Shown one piece after another: positions 1 to 9,070 of a DNA stretch of 58,755 nucleotides; position 1 is the stretch's first letter; every line of letters starts with the position of its first letter. The stretch is from positions 1 through 58,755 of the forward strand of contig JAHYJO010000007.1 in the NCBI GenBank assembly GCA_019429125.1, given 5' to 3'. Position numbers and translations under genes: made by a program. Source of the DNA: Nanobdellati archaeon. Lineage in GTDB: Archaea > EX4484-52 > GLR71. The notes beneath the pieces were generated by a model. It was not told the DNA's origin. It did no database searches and saw only the letters and a list, made by a program, of their open reading frames with translations.

Positions 1-126
1 ATCAGGAAAAGAAAATTATGAGATAATGGCATCATTGATGGCAACATGGCAACTAAATGATTTGGATTTAAAAGCAGAACTTAAACAGATGCTGATAAAG
101 AATCTATGTTTTTGCTAAACAAATAC
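1..126 (+). mobile_element. 3' end of an IS66-family insertion sequence (transposase C-terminus plus right TIR)
   Basis: The + frame at 2-118 reads SGKENYEIMASLMATWQLNDLDLKAELKQMLIKNLCFC*, resembling archaeal IS66 transposase C-termini. It ends in GCTAAACAAATAC (114-126), the exact reverse complement of GTATTTGTTTAGC at 1398-1410. Confidence 0.7.
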
Positions 127-296
127 AGCAAATTTAATTCTTTTTCTATTAGTTCTATATTTTTTTTTACTTTATTAAAATCAACATAATAATCCCATGT
201 AAATATGGAATTAGTAAGAGTACTTATAAAATAATTAAATATCTTTTCTGAATCATCTTCAAGACCTAAAGTCTTATATGTTTGTAAATATTTCAT
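127..296 (-). pseudogene. DpnII/MboI-like type II restriction endonuclease, N-terminal fragment disrupted by IS
   Basis: The sequence FISTLTNSIFTWDYYVDFNKVKKNIELIEKELNLL is typical of DpnII-family N-termini. It lies directly downstream of a Dam-type MTase, and homology breaks exactly at the IS TIR (126). Confidence 0.75.
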
Positions 297-299
297 AAA

Positions 300-1154
300 T
301 TACACCTTATAGTTTCTTATAACTAACTCGTTAATATTACCTCTTTTAGTAGCATTACAATTAATCATTCTTTTTGCAGAAACATGAACTTTATCATATT
401 TATCATATAATCCTCTTATGAATTCGGTATCATTATTGCTTTCCATAACTTTACATCCTTTTTTATCTAATTTTTGGAAAACGTCACATAATTGTTTTTG
501 TTCAGGGTCTAAAAAATTACCTTTTGAATAGGTTGTAAAGCTTGTACCTTTTTTTAATGGGTCATAAGGTGGGTCAAAATAAATAAAATCATCTTTTTTT
601 GCTAATTTTATAATTTTTTCAAAAGACATTACTTTAATTTGTACTGTTTGAAGTATTTTTGAAACTTTTCTTAATTTATCTTCTTGTATAATATCTGGAT
701 TTTTATAAGCACCAATAGGAACATTAAATTTTCCTTTAGAATTTACACGATATAAACCATTAAAACAAGTTTTATTTAAAAAAATAAATCTTGCTGCTTG
801 TTCAAGTGAGGGTAATAAGGTAGGGTCTACACTTCTAATTTCATAATAATATTTTTTAGAATCAGCTTTGTAATATTCTTTGTGTTGTTTTAATTCAATA
901 ATTAAACGTTCAACATCTGTTTTAACAATAATATATGCATTAATTAGTTCTTTATTAATATCTGAGAGTAATATTTCTTTTGGTTTGTATTTTTCTATAA
1001 TGTAAAAGAAAACAGCACCACTCCCTAAAAATGGCTCAAAATATCGTTCTATTTTTTTAGGGAATAAAGGAATAAATTGTTCTATTAATTGCGTCTTACC
1101 GCCTGCCCATTTTATGAATTTTGGTATTTCTATTTTATCAGTGGGTTTTACCAT
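300..1154 (-). CDS. dam: Dam/DpnM-family N6-adenine DNA methyltransferase (probably GATC)
   Basis: Motifs KWAGGK, EPFLGSGAV, FLNKTCFNGLYRVN, DPPY and NELVIRNY. Confidence 0.93.
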   Translation of the reverse strand: MVKPTDKIEIPKFIKWAGGKTQLIEQFIPLFPKKIERYFEPFLGSGAVFFYIIEKYKPKEILLSDINKELINAYIIVKTDVERLIIELKQHKEYYKADSKKYYYEIRSVDPTLLPSLEQAARFIFLNKTCFNGLYRVNSKGKFNVPIGAYKNPDIIQEDKLRKVSKILQTVQIKVMSFEKIIKLAKKDDFIYFDPPYDPLKKGTSFTTYSKGNFLDPEQKQLCDVFQKLDKKGCKVMESNNDTEFIRGLYDKYDKVHVSAKRMINCNATKRGNINELVIRNYKV

Positions 1155-1268
1155 ATATAGTATTTGAAATGAGGGTTTATATAGATGCGTTATTTCAACT
1201 TATTAACTATAAACACACACTTCAATCGATCTATTGATTTAAATTATATTTATACTTTTTGTATATCT

Positions 1269-1397
1269 GGCACTGTTCATTTTTTGAGTGATTTCAAACA
1301 AAATGTAGTTAATTAAATACTTTCATTTCTTTTGTAATTCGACGTGAAATGTGTATATTAAATGGATATCTGTAGGAGTTTATAAACAAACAATATC
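1269..1397 (+). mobile_element. MITE family A, truncated copy (GGCACTGT end)
   Basis: Alignable by eye along its length with the reverse complement of 29232-29399. Shared blocks include caaacaaaatgtagttaattaaatac and ggagtttataaacaaacaatat. It is cut at 1398 by another element. Confidence 0.75.
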
Positions 1398-1656
1398 GTA
1401 TTTGTTTAGCTAATTTTTGTCTTGCTTAATTTTGATTTTTTAAGAGATAACTACTATTTTTTGAAATAATTATATTTACACTTTTTTAAGTTGGGTGCAA
1501 GCTATCGATTTTATAAAAATAAGATTAAATAATTTTTAAGATTTTTTAACAACACATTTTTAAGCGTTAGCTATTGATTTTGTAACAATTATAACTTATT
1601 GAGAATCACACCATAACGGCTGAAGCATATTGATTATTTTTTTGCTAAACAAGTAC
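1398..1656. mobile_element. Non-autonomous element with IS66-type TIRs
   Basis: GTATTTGTTTAGC (1398-1410) and GCTAAACAAGTAC (1644-1656) are inverted repeats matching at 12/13. They match the IS end at 114-126, and no ORF lies inside. Confidence 0.7.
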
Positions 1657-1853
1657 AAAAAATCAGATTTAAATTACTATTTCTTACCGGCATAACGGCA
1701 TGGTACGCTCCCACAAGACTATTTAAAGGGAGTGAGTAAGTTATCTTTACCCTTCTAATCCAGGGGAATAATTACAGGTGAACTTCAAAGGCTTGAGGAT
1801 TATACCTTAGATGCTTAAGAAGGCACCAAATTATGTTTAAAAGGTGATATGAT

Positions 1854-1982
1854 ATGAATAGTGAAACAATGTCTATAATACGGAACAGGTACGGGAATAA
1901 CTTCGATAAGGGCTGGAATGGTATGTCAGCACATCGAAGGCATAAATTTGAAAACAGGGCAAAAGATATATGGTGCTTTTAA
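1854..1982 (+). CDS. Small hypothetical protein, 42 aa (MNSETMSIIRNRYGNNFDKGWNGMSAHRRHKFENRAKDIWCF)
   Basis: SD AAGGTGAT upstream. First of three tandem ORFs; below the ORF-track cutoff. Confidence 0.55.
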   Translation: MNSETMSIIRNRYGNNFDKGWNGMSAHRRHKFENRAKDIWCF

Positions 1983-1998
1983 GAAGGAGATGATTACT

Positions 1999-2253
1999 AT
2001 GTCAAAGACTACAGTTAAGATGTACATGATAAAACAAGAATTGAGACGGGCTGGGCTACCTACAAGAGGTGTTCTTGCGCAGGAATTCCAAAATATGAAT
2101 TTCGAGCAGGAAAAGAAATGGCATCAAATCAAGACTAAGGCACATAACAGGACAGAGGAGCTTGCTAAAACTTTTCCTTTTGCGTTCGGAGAATATAAAA
2201 AGACACAGTATGATGCTGAATTCTTAAACAGATTTTTTCAGGAGAGGAGGTGA
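1999..2253 (+). CDS. Hypothetical basic protein, 84 aa
   Basis: SD AAGGAGATGAT before ATG 1999, which is preferred to the 1918 start in the track. Confidence 0.65.
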   Translation: MSKTTVKMYMIKQELRRAGLPTRGVLAQEFQNMNFEQEKKWHQIKTKAHNRTEELAKTFPFAFGEYKKTQYDAEFLNRFFQERR

Positions 2254-2259
2254 GAGATT

Positions 2260-2367
2260 ATGAATAGGTATAATGGTGATCTTGTAACTAAATGGACTGA
2301 CCTTCTTAAACAGAAACATAAACAACAGCAGATTGCACACGCAATGGCTCTCGCATGGATTGATTAG
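2260..2367 (+). CDS. Small hypothetical protein, 35 aa (MNRYNGDLVTKWTDLLKQKHKQQQIAHAMALAWID)
   Basis: Strong SD GGAGGTGA overlapping the previous stop codon. Confidence 0.55.
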   Translation: MNRYNGDLVTKWTDLLKQKHKQQQIAHAMALAWID

Positions 2368-2402
2368 ATCTTTACAACCCCCCTATAATCCCTATTTAAT
2401 AT

Positions 2403-2427
2403 GCCGGTGGATATCTTATCTGCCGGC
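2403..2427. terminator. GC-rich hairpin between convergent genes
   Basis: GCCGGTGGATA-tct-TATCTGCCGGC, followed by a T-rich tract. Confidence 0.6.
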
Positions 2428-2446
2428 TGTTATTTCTTTAAGAACA

Positions 2447-2638
2447 TTACCTAACATAAGTTGAAGCTGTCTCCTTACGACCGCATTTCTCGCATTCGTA
2501 GTCTATCTTGAAACGTATCTCATCGATTGTGTTTGCAGTCACGACTATATCTTTCTTTAATTCGGATGAGGTATCATTCCAGGAATGACCACACCTGCAC
2601 TTTATGAAAATATTTGCTTCATCTGACATTAAAATCAC
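2447..2638 (-). CDS. Small zinc-ribbon protein
   Basis: CRCGHSW ... CEKCG motifs. SD GGTGAT suggests a start at the downstream ATG (MSDEAN). Confidence 0.65.
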   Translation of the reverse strand: MILMSDEANIFIKCRCGHSWNDTSSELKKDIVVTANTIDEIRFKIDYECEKCGRKETASTYVR

Positions 2639-2773
2639 CTATGATATTTAAAATTATCTCTTAAACTATATAAGAGTTAAATGATGAACATCGCGAGGTG
2701 AGCTGAATTCATGATGACTGATGGGCGAACTGATAACTCAACTAATATATATTTAAGACTATAAACAATTTCT

Positions 2774-3397
2774 ATGGATAAGACCATTACAGAAAATGAG
2801 GCAATTGAACTTCTAAAACAACAGTTTGAAACATTTCGACCAGACTGGAAAAATGAAATTGTGAAACATTCTATTATAGTCAGGGATTTGTCGTTATTTC
2901 TTGCAGAGAGGATTAAAGGTAAAGTTGATGTTGATTTTCTTAAGGGTGCATGCCTGCTACACGATATTGGATATGCTACGGCAAAAGAAAAGGTACGCCA
3001 CGGTATCATCGGTGCTGAATTCTTGCAGTATTGCGGACTTGAAAGATACGCCAAAGCTTGCGAAAGGCATATAGGTATTGGGATAACTAAAGATGTGGCT
3101 AAAAAGCTTGGACTCGGAGATAAGAATCTTGTACCTAAGACTATTGAAGAGAAAATATTGTGCTACTGCGACAATCTTGATTTCTTTGACAAGGAAACAA
3201 AGATGCACACAATCAAAAGTCCAGAGGATGTCGCTTGCAGGTTAGGGAAAGAATTGGGGCTTACATATAAGAGTAAGACTGAAAAGTTCAACAGGACGAT
3301 TGAAGACAAAGTTAGTAAAGAGGGAATGTGTGAATTTGTCAGGTTTATAAAAGATTACAATACAAAATTAAGAATTGGGCTGGAACTCAAGCTTTAG
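2774..3397 (+). CDS. HD-domain (HDIG) metal-dependent phosphohydrolase
   Basis: Motifs HS, LLHDIG, HGIIGAEFL, ERHIG and EEKILCYCD. Confidence 0.88.
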   Translation: MDKTITENEAIELLKQQFETFRPDWKNEIVKHSIIVRDLSLFLAERIKGKVDVDFLKGACLLHDIGYATAKEKVRHGIIGAEFLQYCGLERYAKACERHIGIGITKDVAKKLGLGDKNLVPKTIEEKILCYCDNLDFFDKETKMHTIKSPEDVACRLGKELGLTYKSKTEKFNRTIEDKVSKEGMCEFVRFIKDYNTKLRIGLELKL

Positions 3398-4078
3398 AAT
3401 TCTGTCTTTAAACTTCTTTGATATAAGGGTCCAGCCTTTTGGAATCTGCATAATCTTGAAATACATCTTTTTCTTGCCTATTGCTTTCAATTCAATCGAT
3501 GAGGATAGCATGTTTACTATTATGTTTTTATCTGATTCTATATCTGGAAGTTCTATGTCAATCACAATTTTGTCAGAGAGTCGTTTTATGTCTGTCTTTG
3601 GTTCTTCAGTTACGGAGGGTATCTTTTTATTTAGTAATTGTTCTTCTGGAAGATTAGGTATTGTAGATTTTATAATTGCATCATTTATATTCACGCCTTT
3701 TAGCCCTAAGTTTTTCTTGAACTCTTCCGCCAACTTTGTCTTGTCAATATCGCCGAAAGTCTTTATGTCTATTTTAGGTTTTTGTCCTGTGCCACTACTT
3801 ATTGATACGCTGAAACCGTTCCGGATTATCTTTGGATTTTTTTCAGACCTTAGGTTGAAAACTTCAAAATCTTTTTCAAGACCATGCAGATCACGTTCCA
3901 TAAACTTGTTTATCTCATCAAACTGTCTCTTGAAAGAATCTACTAGGTTGTCTAAAGGTAAAACTGAGGAAGGTCTTTTGAATTTTATAGGTTTTATTAC
4001 AGATGACCCACAGGATGGACAAAAATCCCAATGATCCTCAACCATTTTTCCGCATTTGTGGCAATACATAGCAACCAT
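3368..4078 (-). CDS. Zinc-ribbon plus Hsp20/alpha-crystallin-like protein
   Basis: N-terminal YCHKCG...FCPSCG and C-terminal EEPKTD...IELPDI...SIELKA. Start moved to ATG 4078 to avoid a long overlap. Confidence 0.75.
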   Translation of the reverse strand: MVAMYCHKCGKMVEDHWDFCPSCGSSVIKPIKFKRPSSVLPLDNLVDSFKRQFDEINKFMERDLHGLEKDFEVFNLRSEKNPKIIRNGFSVSISSGTGQKPKIDIKTFGDIDKTKLAEEFKKNLGLKGVNINDAIIKSTIPNLPEEQLLNKKIPSVTEEPKTDIKRLSDKIVIDIELPDIESDKNIIVNMLSSSIELKAIGKKKMYFKIMQIPKGWTLISKKFKDRILKLEFQPNS

Positions 4079-4103
4079 ACATATTATATTGGACAGATAA
4101 ATA

Positions 4104-4748
4104 TTAATATCTTTTGAATACTTCAACATAATTGTTCCCATGAGACTTAAATGCTGAGAATACAGCCAAATCTGCTTTTTTGCAAAGATATTCAAGTTCG
4201 CTGTCGTCAAAAAGATGATAGAAACGGTCGTATTTGCCGTCCCATTTAAGGATTACGTCACCATCTTTGGTTTTTAGGTCTTTGAATTTGGGTTGGTCGC
4301 GAGCCCAGGCACTTATCAGTGCCCTTCCATCTGGCTTGAGAATATTTTTTATTTCAATAAGGCTTTTTAGGCGCTCTTTCTTTGTCGGAAGATGATGTAT
4401 CGTTGCGATAAACATAACACAATCAAATGATTCGGACTTTAAAGGCAGAGAAATCGCATCGCACTGGATTAATGAAATATCTTGTTTTGTTGCTTTTGCT
4501 TTTGATTTTATTATATTTAACTGACCTTTCGATATGTCTGAAGCTAAAACCTTGAATCCTTTTTGGCAGGCATACAAAGAATTCCGCCCATTGCCACAAC
4601 CTATATCAAGAAAGATAGATGATTCTTTGGCTGCATTTATGAAAGTTTTACATTCCTCCCACATATAACCGCGTGTTGCATCAAAATGTTTGGATATCTT
4701 ATCATAGGTTGCTTTGATATTTGATTTTGTTGAACTATCCACTACCAT
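4104..4748 (-). CDS. Class I SAM-dependent methyltransferase, Trm9/ALKBH8-like
   Basis: Motifs YDKISKHFDATR, LDIGCGNGRN, IATIHHL and RFYHLF. Confidence 0.8.
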   Translation of the reverse strand: MVVDSSTKSNIKATYDKISKHFDATRGYMWEECKTFINAAKESSIFLDIGCGNGRNSLYACQKGFKVLASDISKGQLNIIKSKAKATKQDISLIQCDAISLPLKSESFDCVMFIATIHHLPTKKERLKSLIEIKNILKPDGRALISAWARDQPKFKDLKTKDGDVILKWDGKYDRFYHLFDDSELEYLCKKADLAVFSAFKSHGNNYVEVFKRY

Positions 4749-4912
4749 ATAATCACGTCTGCCTCACATTATTACTTTTTTTAGTTTATATAAATTGTCA
4801 GTCTTGATAAAGGGGTATTAAGCATAAAGTTTAAAAAGCTTTGTTATAAATTTAAGTTAATCTCTTTCTTACGAGACACAAAGAACAAAAACAATAAGAT
4901 GCTGTTGATTTA

Positions 4913-5467
4913 ATGGGAATATGTGATATTTGCGGAAAAACACGGGACACAAGACTGTCAAATCTTGAAGGTGCTAATGTAGATGCATGTTTTTTCTGTG
5001 TACCCGGGAAAAAAGAAAAAACTAGATTTTCTGGTGGCTTCCCAGGTGGTAAAAAAAATACTGCTAGACCTGATGTTAAAAAAAGAATAGAACTCCCTAA
5101 AGTTAATTTTGAATTTGTTGACGATTACGGAGACATTATTAAAGTTGCACGTGAAAAAGCAGACATTACACAAAAAGATTTCGGTGCACAGTTAAATGAG
5201 CACAGTTCAGTCATACAAAAGATTGAGCATGGTGGATTAAAACCACGTTTAGGTCTTGCAAAAAAGATTGAAAAAAAGCTTAAAATCCGTATAATCAAAA
5301 AAATTGAACAACTTGACAAAGATGGCAATGTTGTCAATAATAAGAAACCAGAGGAATCTGAAAAGAAGTATGGTGACAAGAGCGAGGTCAGACGAGAAAG
5401 GTCTAAGCCAAGAGAAGCACTTACATACACACTTGCAGATGCTATAAAAGTTCGAAAAAAGAAGTAA
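4913..5467 (+). CDS. mbf1: Archaeal multiprotein bridging factor aMBF1 (Zn ribbon plus HTH)
   Basis: CDICG/CFFC; VDDYGDIIKVARE; KIEHGGLKP; C-terminal TLADAIKVRKK. Confidence 0.85.
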   Translation: MGICDICGKTRDTRLSNLEGANVDACFFCVPGKKEKTRFSGGFPGGKKNTARPDVKKRIELPKVNFEFVDDYGDIIKVAREKADITQKDFGAQLNEHSSVIQKIEHGGLKPRLGLAKKIEKKLKIRIIKKIEQLDKDGNVVNNKKPEESEKKYGDKSEVRRERSKPREALTYTLADAIKVRKKK

Positions 5468-5536
5468 TTTTTTATTCTTATTTTTTTCTTTAAAAAATCC
5501 AACCTGTTTTAAATATATTTATGCACAAAATTATAA

Positions 5537-7330
5537 GTGATAGTTATGTATCTATATGAGGCTTGCGAAAAAGAGATTAATTTTATGCTTGAAAGTTGCG
5601 GAATTAAAGATGCAAAGATAGAGATGCCTCCGAAAAATATTGATGCTGATTTCTCATATCCTTGTTTTTCACTGTCTAAGACTCTGAACAAAAAACCAGA
5701 CTTGATTGCTAAAGAGTTTAAAGACAAAATTGACAAGAAAATTACAAGTAAAAGTCTTGTCAAAAGATGCGAGGTTTTAGGACCATATCTTAATTTCTAT
5801 ATAGATGGTGCAAAGATTGCTGAGGCTGTCATATCAGACATATATAAACTTAAAGGACAGTACGGCACAACTGATGAAGGGAAGAAAAAAAAGATTATTC
5901 TCGAATATATCTCTGCAAATCCCATACACCCATTGCATATCGGTTCGGCAAGAAATGCAATATTGGGCAAATCATTGACTAACACTTATACGTTTATTAA
6001 TTATAATGTCAAGTCACATTATTACATGAATGATATCGGGTTGCAGGTTGCAAAGGTTGCTTTTGGTTACAGTAAACTTAAGGATAAAAAGGTCACTGAA
6101 AGACCTGACGTCTGGATAGGTAAAATATATGCGATAACTTCTGCTATTATTGATGACGACGCTGAAATTAAAAAGGAACTTGAAAATAAATGGCCAGTTA
6201 TGTATGGTAAGATTAATGAGGCGATTGGTTCTGAAAAAGATATTATTGAGCAGGTAAAGGCCATGCTTCAAAAAATTGAGGCAGGAGACAAGAAGACTGC
6301 GGACTTATTCAAAGTAGTTGGCAACCTCTGCACTGAAGGATTTAAGGAAACATTTTCTAGGATGAATATTAAATTTGATTCTTATGATTATGAGTCTATG
6401 TTTATCATAAATGGTGATGTCTACAAAGTTATTGATGCACTCAAAAAGAAAAAAGTACTTAAGAAAACTGATCAGGGCACTTGGATTATTGATCTTGAAG
6501 AATATAACATGCCATCCACGGTCCTTGTCAGGTCTGATGAGACTACACTTTACCTTACACGTGACATTGCATATTCTATCTGGAAATTTGAGAAGCAAAA
6601 GGCTGACAAAGCGATAAATATTATTGCATCAGAGCAGGAACTGCCACAGATGCAATTGAAGATGGCGCTTAAGATACTTGACAAACCTTATGCTGAAAAT
6701 CTGTACCACCTGTCATATGGTCTTGTTAACCTGCCTGGCGTTAAGATGTCTGGGCGACGAGGACGATACATCACTTTTGATTATGTTTTAGATGAAGCTA
6801 TCAAAAAGGCGTATGAAGTTGTTAATGAGAAAAATGGTGACCTATCTTTAAAAGAAAAAAAGACAATATCTGAGATGGTGGGTAAAGGCGCAGTCATATA
6901 TTCCATACTTAAAGTTGAGGCACGAAAAAGTGTCACTTTTGACATGAATGACGCTCTTGATTTTAATGGTAATTCTGCGCCATACATACAATACACTCAT
7001 GCGCGTGCAAAAAGTATTGTCAATAAAGTCGGAAAAGTTAAAAGTTATGATACTAGTCTTCTTGTGGCAGATAGTGAGCAGAGGATACTTAAACGGCTTG
7101 CTGGGTTTCCTTCAATTGTCAAGTCATGTAGCAAGAATGTGTCACCGCACATTATATGCAATTATCTTTTTGAGCTGGCACAGGATTTCAATAATTTCTA
7201 TAATTTAACACCTGTCATCAAAGCAGATGATGATGTTAGGAATGCACGACTTGTGCTTGTAGACTTAACTGCGCAAGTAATTAAAAACGGTCTTTTGCTT
7301 CTTGAGATTGAAGCACCGGACAAGATGTAG
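5537..7330 (+). CDS. argS: Arginine--tRNA ligase
   Basis: SANPIHPLHIGSARN (HIGH motif), KMSGRRG, PYIQYTHAR and C-terminal PDKM. Confidence 0.96.
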   Translation: MIVMYLYEACEKEINFMLESCGIKDAKIEMPPKNIDADFSYPCFSLSKTLNKKPDLIAKEFKDKIDKKITSKSLVKRCEVLGPYLNFYIDGAKIAEAVISDIYKLKGQYGTTDEGKKKKIILEYISANPIHPLHIGSARNAILGKSLTNTYTFINYNVKSHYYMNDIGLQVAKVAFGYSKLKDKKVTERPDVWIGKIYAITSAIIDDDAEIKKELENKWPVMYGKINEAIGSEKDIIEQVKAMLQKIEAGDKKTADLFKVVGNLCTEGFKETFSRMNIKFDSYDYESMFIINGDVYKVIDALKKKKVLKKTDQGTWIIDLEEYNMPSTVLVRSDETTLYLTRDIAYSIWKFEKQKADKAINIIASEQELPQMQLKMALKILDKPYAENLYHLSYGLVNLPGVKMSGRRGRYITFDYVLDEAIKKAYEVVNEKNGDLSLKEKKTISEMVGKGAVIYSILKVEARKSVTFDMNDALDFNGNSAPYIQYTHARAKSIVNKVGKVKSYDTSLLVADSEQRILKRLAGFPSIVKSCSKNVSPHIICNYLFELAQDFNNFYNLTPVIKADDDVRNARLVLVDLTAQVIKNGLLLLEIEAPDKM

Positions 7331-7336
7331 ATTAAT

Positions 7337-7867
7337 ATGATAACAGTACTTCGGATTGGGCACAGGCTTGGACGAGATTCAAGGATTACTACGCATTGCG
7401 GTCTTGTATCTCGGGCATTTGGCGCCGGCAAGATTATACTTTCAGGTGACTATGATAAGAAGATTGTGGACAGCCTTTGTGGTGTGCGCGAACAGTGGGG
7501 TGGTGACTTTGAGGTTGAATATGATAAGCAGTTTATGAAAATCATAAAAAATTTCAAGAAAGACGGTGGTATTGTTGTCCATCTTACCATGTACGGCATG
7601 AATCTTCCAGATAAGATTGAGGAAATCAGAAAAGATGGTAAGGACAAAGATGTGCTTGTCATTGTCGGGTCACAGAAAGTTCCAGGCGAGGTGTATCACA
7701 TTTCGGATTATAATGTTGCGGTCGGCAATACGCCACATTCAGAGATATCTGCGCTTGCTATATTTTTGGACAGGTTTTACAAGGGGAAACAGATTGAAAA
7801 GACGATGAAAAAAGGTAAGATTTCTATCATCCCGCAGGAAAAAGGTAAGAAGACTGTTGAAGGGTGA
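7337..7867 (+). CDS. trm56: tRNA (cytidine(56)-2'-O)-methyltransferase
   Basis: VLRIGHR..RD.RITTH, VHLTMYG, GSQKVP and GNTPHSEI. Confidence 0.95.
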   Translation: MITVLRIGHRLGRDSRITTHCGLVSRAFGAGKIILSGDYDKKIVDSLCGVREQWGGDFEVEYDKQFMKIIKNFKKDGGIVVHLTMYGMNLPDKIEEIRKDGKDKDVLVIVGSQKVPGEVYHISDYNVAVGNTPHSEISALAIFLDRFYKGKQIEKTMKKGKISIIPQEKGKKTVEG

Positions 7868-7894
7868 AGAATAGTGAAAACCAATAATCTATAA

Positions 7895-8508
7895 TTAAAA
7901 ATCCCACAGACCTATTCTTACCCAAGCGACAGAAGTACTTCTACAAGTACCAGTAGGATCTGTTGTACATCCGGAATTCCAACATTTTTTAGCAACAACC
8001 ACATCTCCTGGATTCAGATATTGATTTACCCTAAAACCTGTAATATTAAGTCGTATGTCATTAACATAATATTCCATATGATCTGTGCAATAACGCATTC
8101 CAAAAGGACCTTCAACAGTACCCATATAACCACCATTTGGACCAACAGTATGAGAACCAATAATAATACTATTAGACCTACCATCCGCCCACTCAAATCT
8201 TTTTGAAACCCAAACTGCAGTTCCTGTAATACCACCACCAGCATTATCTGCACTAGTCAGTACAGTTCCATCAGGAAATACTATTCCATTATCAGAACCA
8301 GTTATTGAGATGTTTCCAGAATTTATGATTTTGTTTGTATTCATGTCACAAGGTCAGAATCAATATAAAGCTCGGATAGCGGATGACCTACAAGAGGCAT
8401 GGTGGTTGTGGCGAATATGTTACTTATTGCTAAAATCATGAAAGGAAGCGCTACAATTATTCCTGCCATCAAGAAATGTTTCTTTTCAAAGGTGATTGTG
8501 ACTGCCAT
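7895..8508 (-). pseudogene. Split membrane-anchored fibre-like protein (EKKHF family): 8341-8508 anchor ORF plus 7895-8344 C-terminal ORF
   Basis: The upstream ORF is MAVTITFEKKHFLMAGIIVALPFMILAISNIFATTTMPLVGHPLSELYIDSDLVT*. Removing a duplicated TG joins it in frame to MNTNKII...GIVFPDGTVLTSA... Confidence 0.65.
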
Positions 8509-8572
8509 AGTATAATATTATTTTTAGTAGTATATAAATTAAATTAGTCATAGACCATATTTACTCTTATTA

Positions 8573-9067
8573 CCTAACTTTGACATTTATGACTTTTTTG
8601 TTTTTTTTTGCGTTTTTTTAATACCTACATTTGACAGATATTAGTATGTTAATTGATTGCGTTTTTTATCTTTTTTCACCTATTTTTTAATACCCTATTT
8701 GACAGTTTGTATTCAGAAATCAAAATATAGTATTATGGTTTGATCTATATTGAAATTCAGATTTAATCTAGAATAAAAATTAAGAAAATTCACCAAAATT
8801 AGCCAAATAAATTTGACAGTTAGGCTAAAATTTACAAAAATCATGAAACAAATAGACATTTAACCTTATTTTTCTCCAGAAATTAACTTATTTTTAGTCA
8901 AAAATCAAGAAATTTTTAAGTCTTTTGTGGATTTCAAGCTTTTTTATTGCGGTCAATACAATAAAAAATCAAGAAATTACATGAAAAAATGAAGTAAATG
9001 TACTAAAAATAGTCAACTGTCAAATAGATATTCTGAATGAAATAGTTAACAAACTGTCAAACTTGGG
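8573..9067. mobile_element. MITE family B (IS1634-like ends) with 6-bp target-site duplication
   Basis: TIRs CCTAACTTTGACA / TGTCAAACTTGGG. TTATTA is duplicated at 8567-8572 and 9068-9073, and internal TTTGACAG motifs are present. The family assignment is tentative. Confidence 0.75.
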
Positions 9068-9070
9068 TTA

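Noticed and set aside
1918-1998. Longer N-terminus of the 1918-2253 ORF
   Set aside because: It overlaps an SD-led upstream ORF, and a strong SD supports ATG 1999.
4079-4210. Extended N-terminus of the Zn-ribbon/Hsp20 ORF
   Set aside because: It overlaps the methyltransferase gene, and the domain starts at MVAMYC.
7895-8344. Diversity-generating retroelement target
   Set aside because: No reverse transcriptase or template/variable repeat pair is visible in the window.
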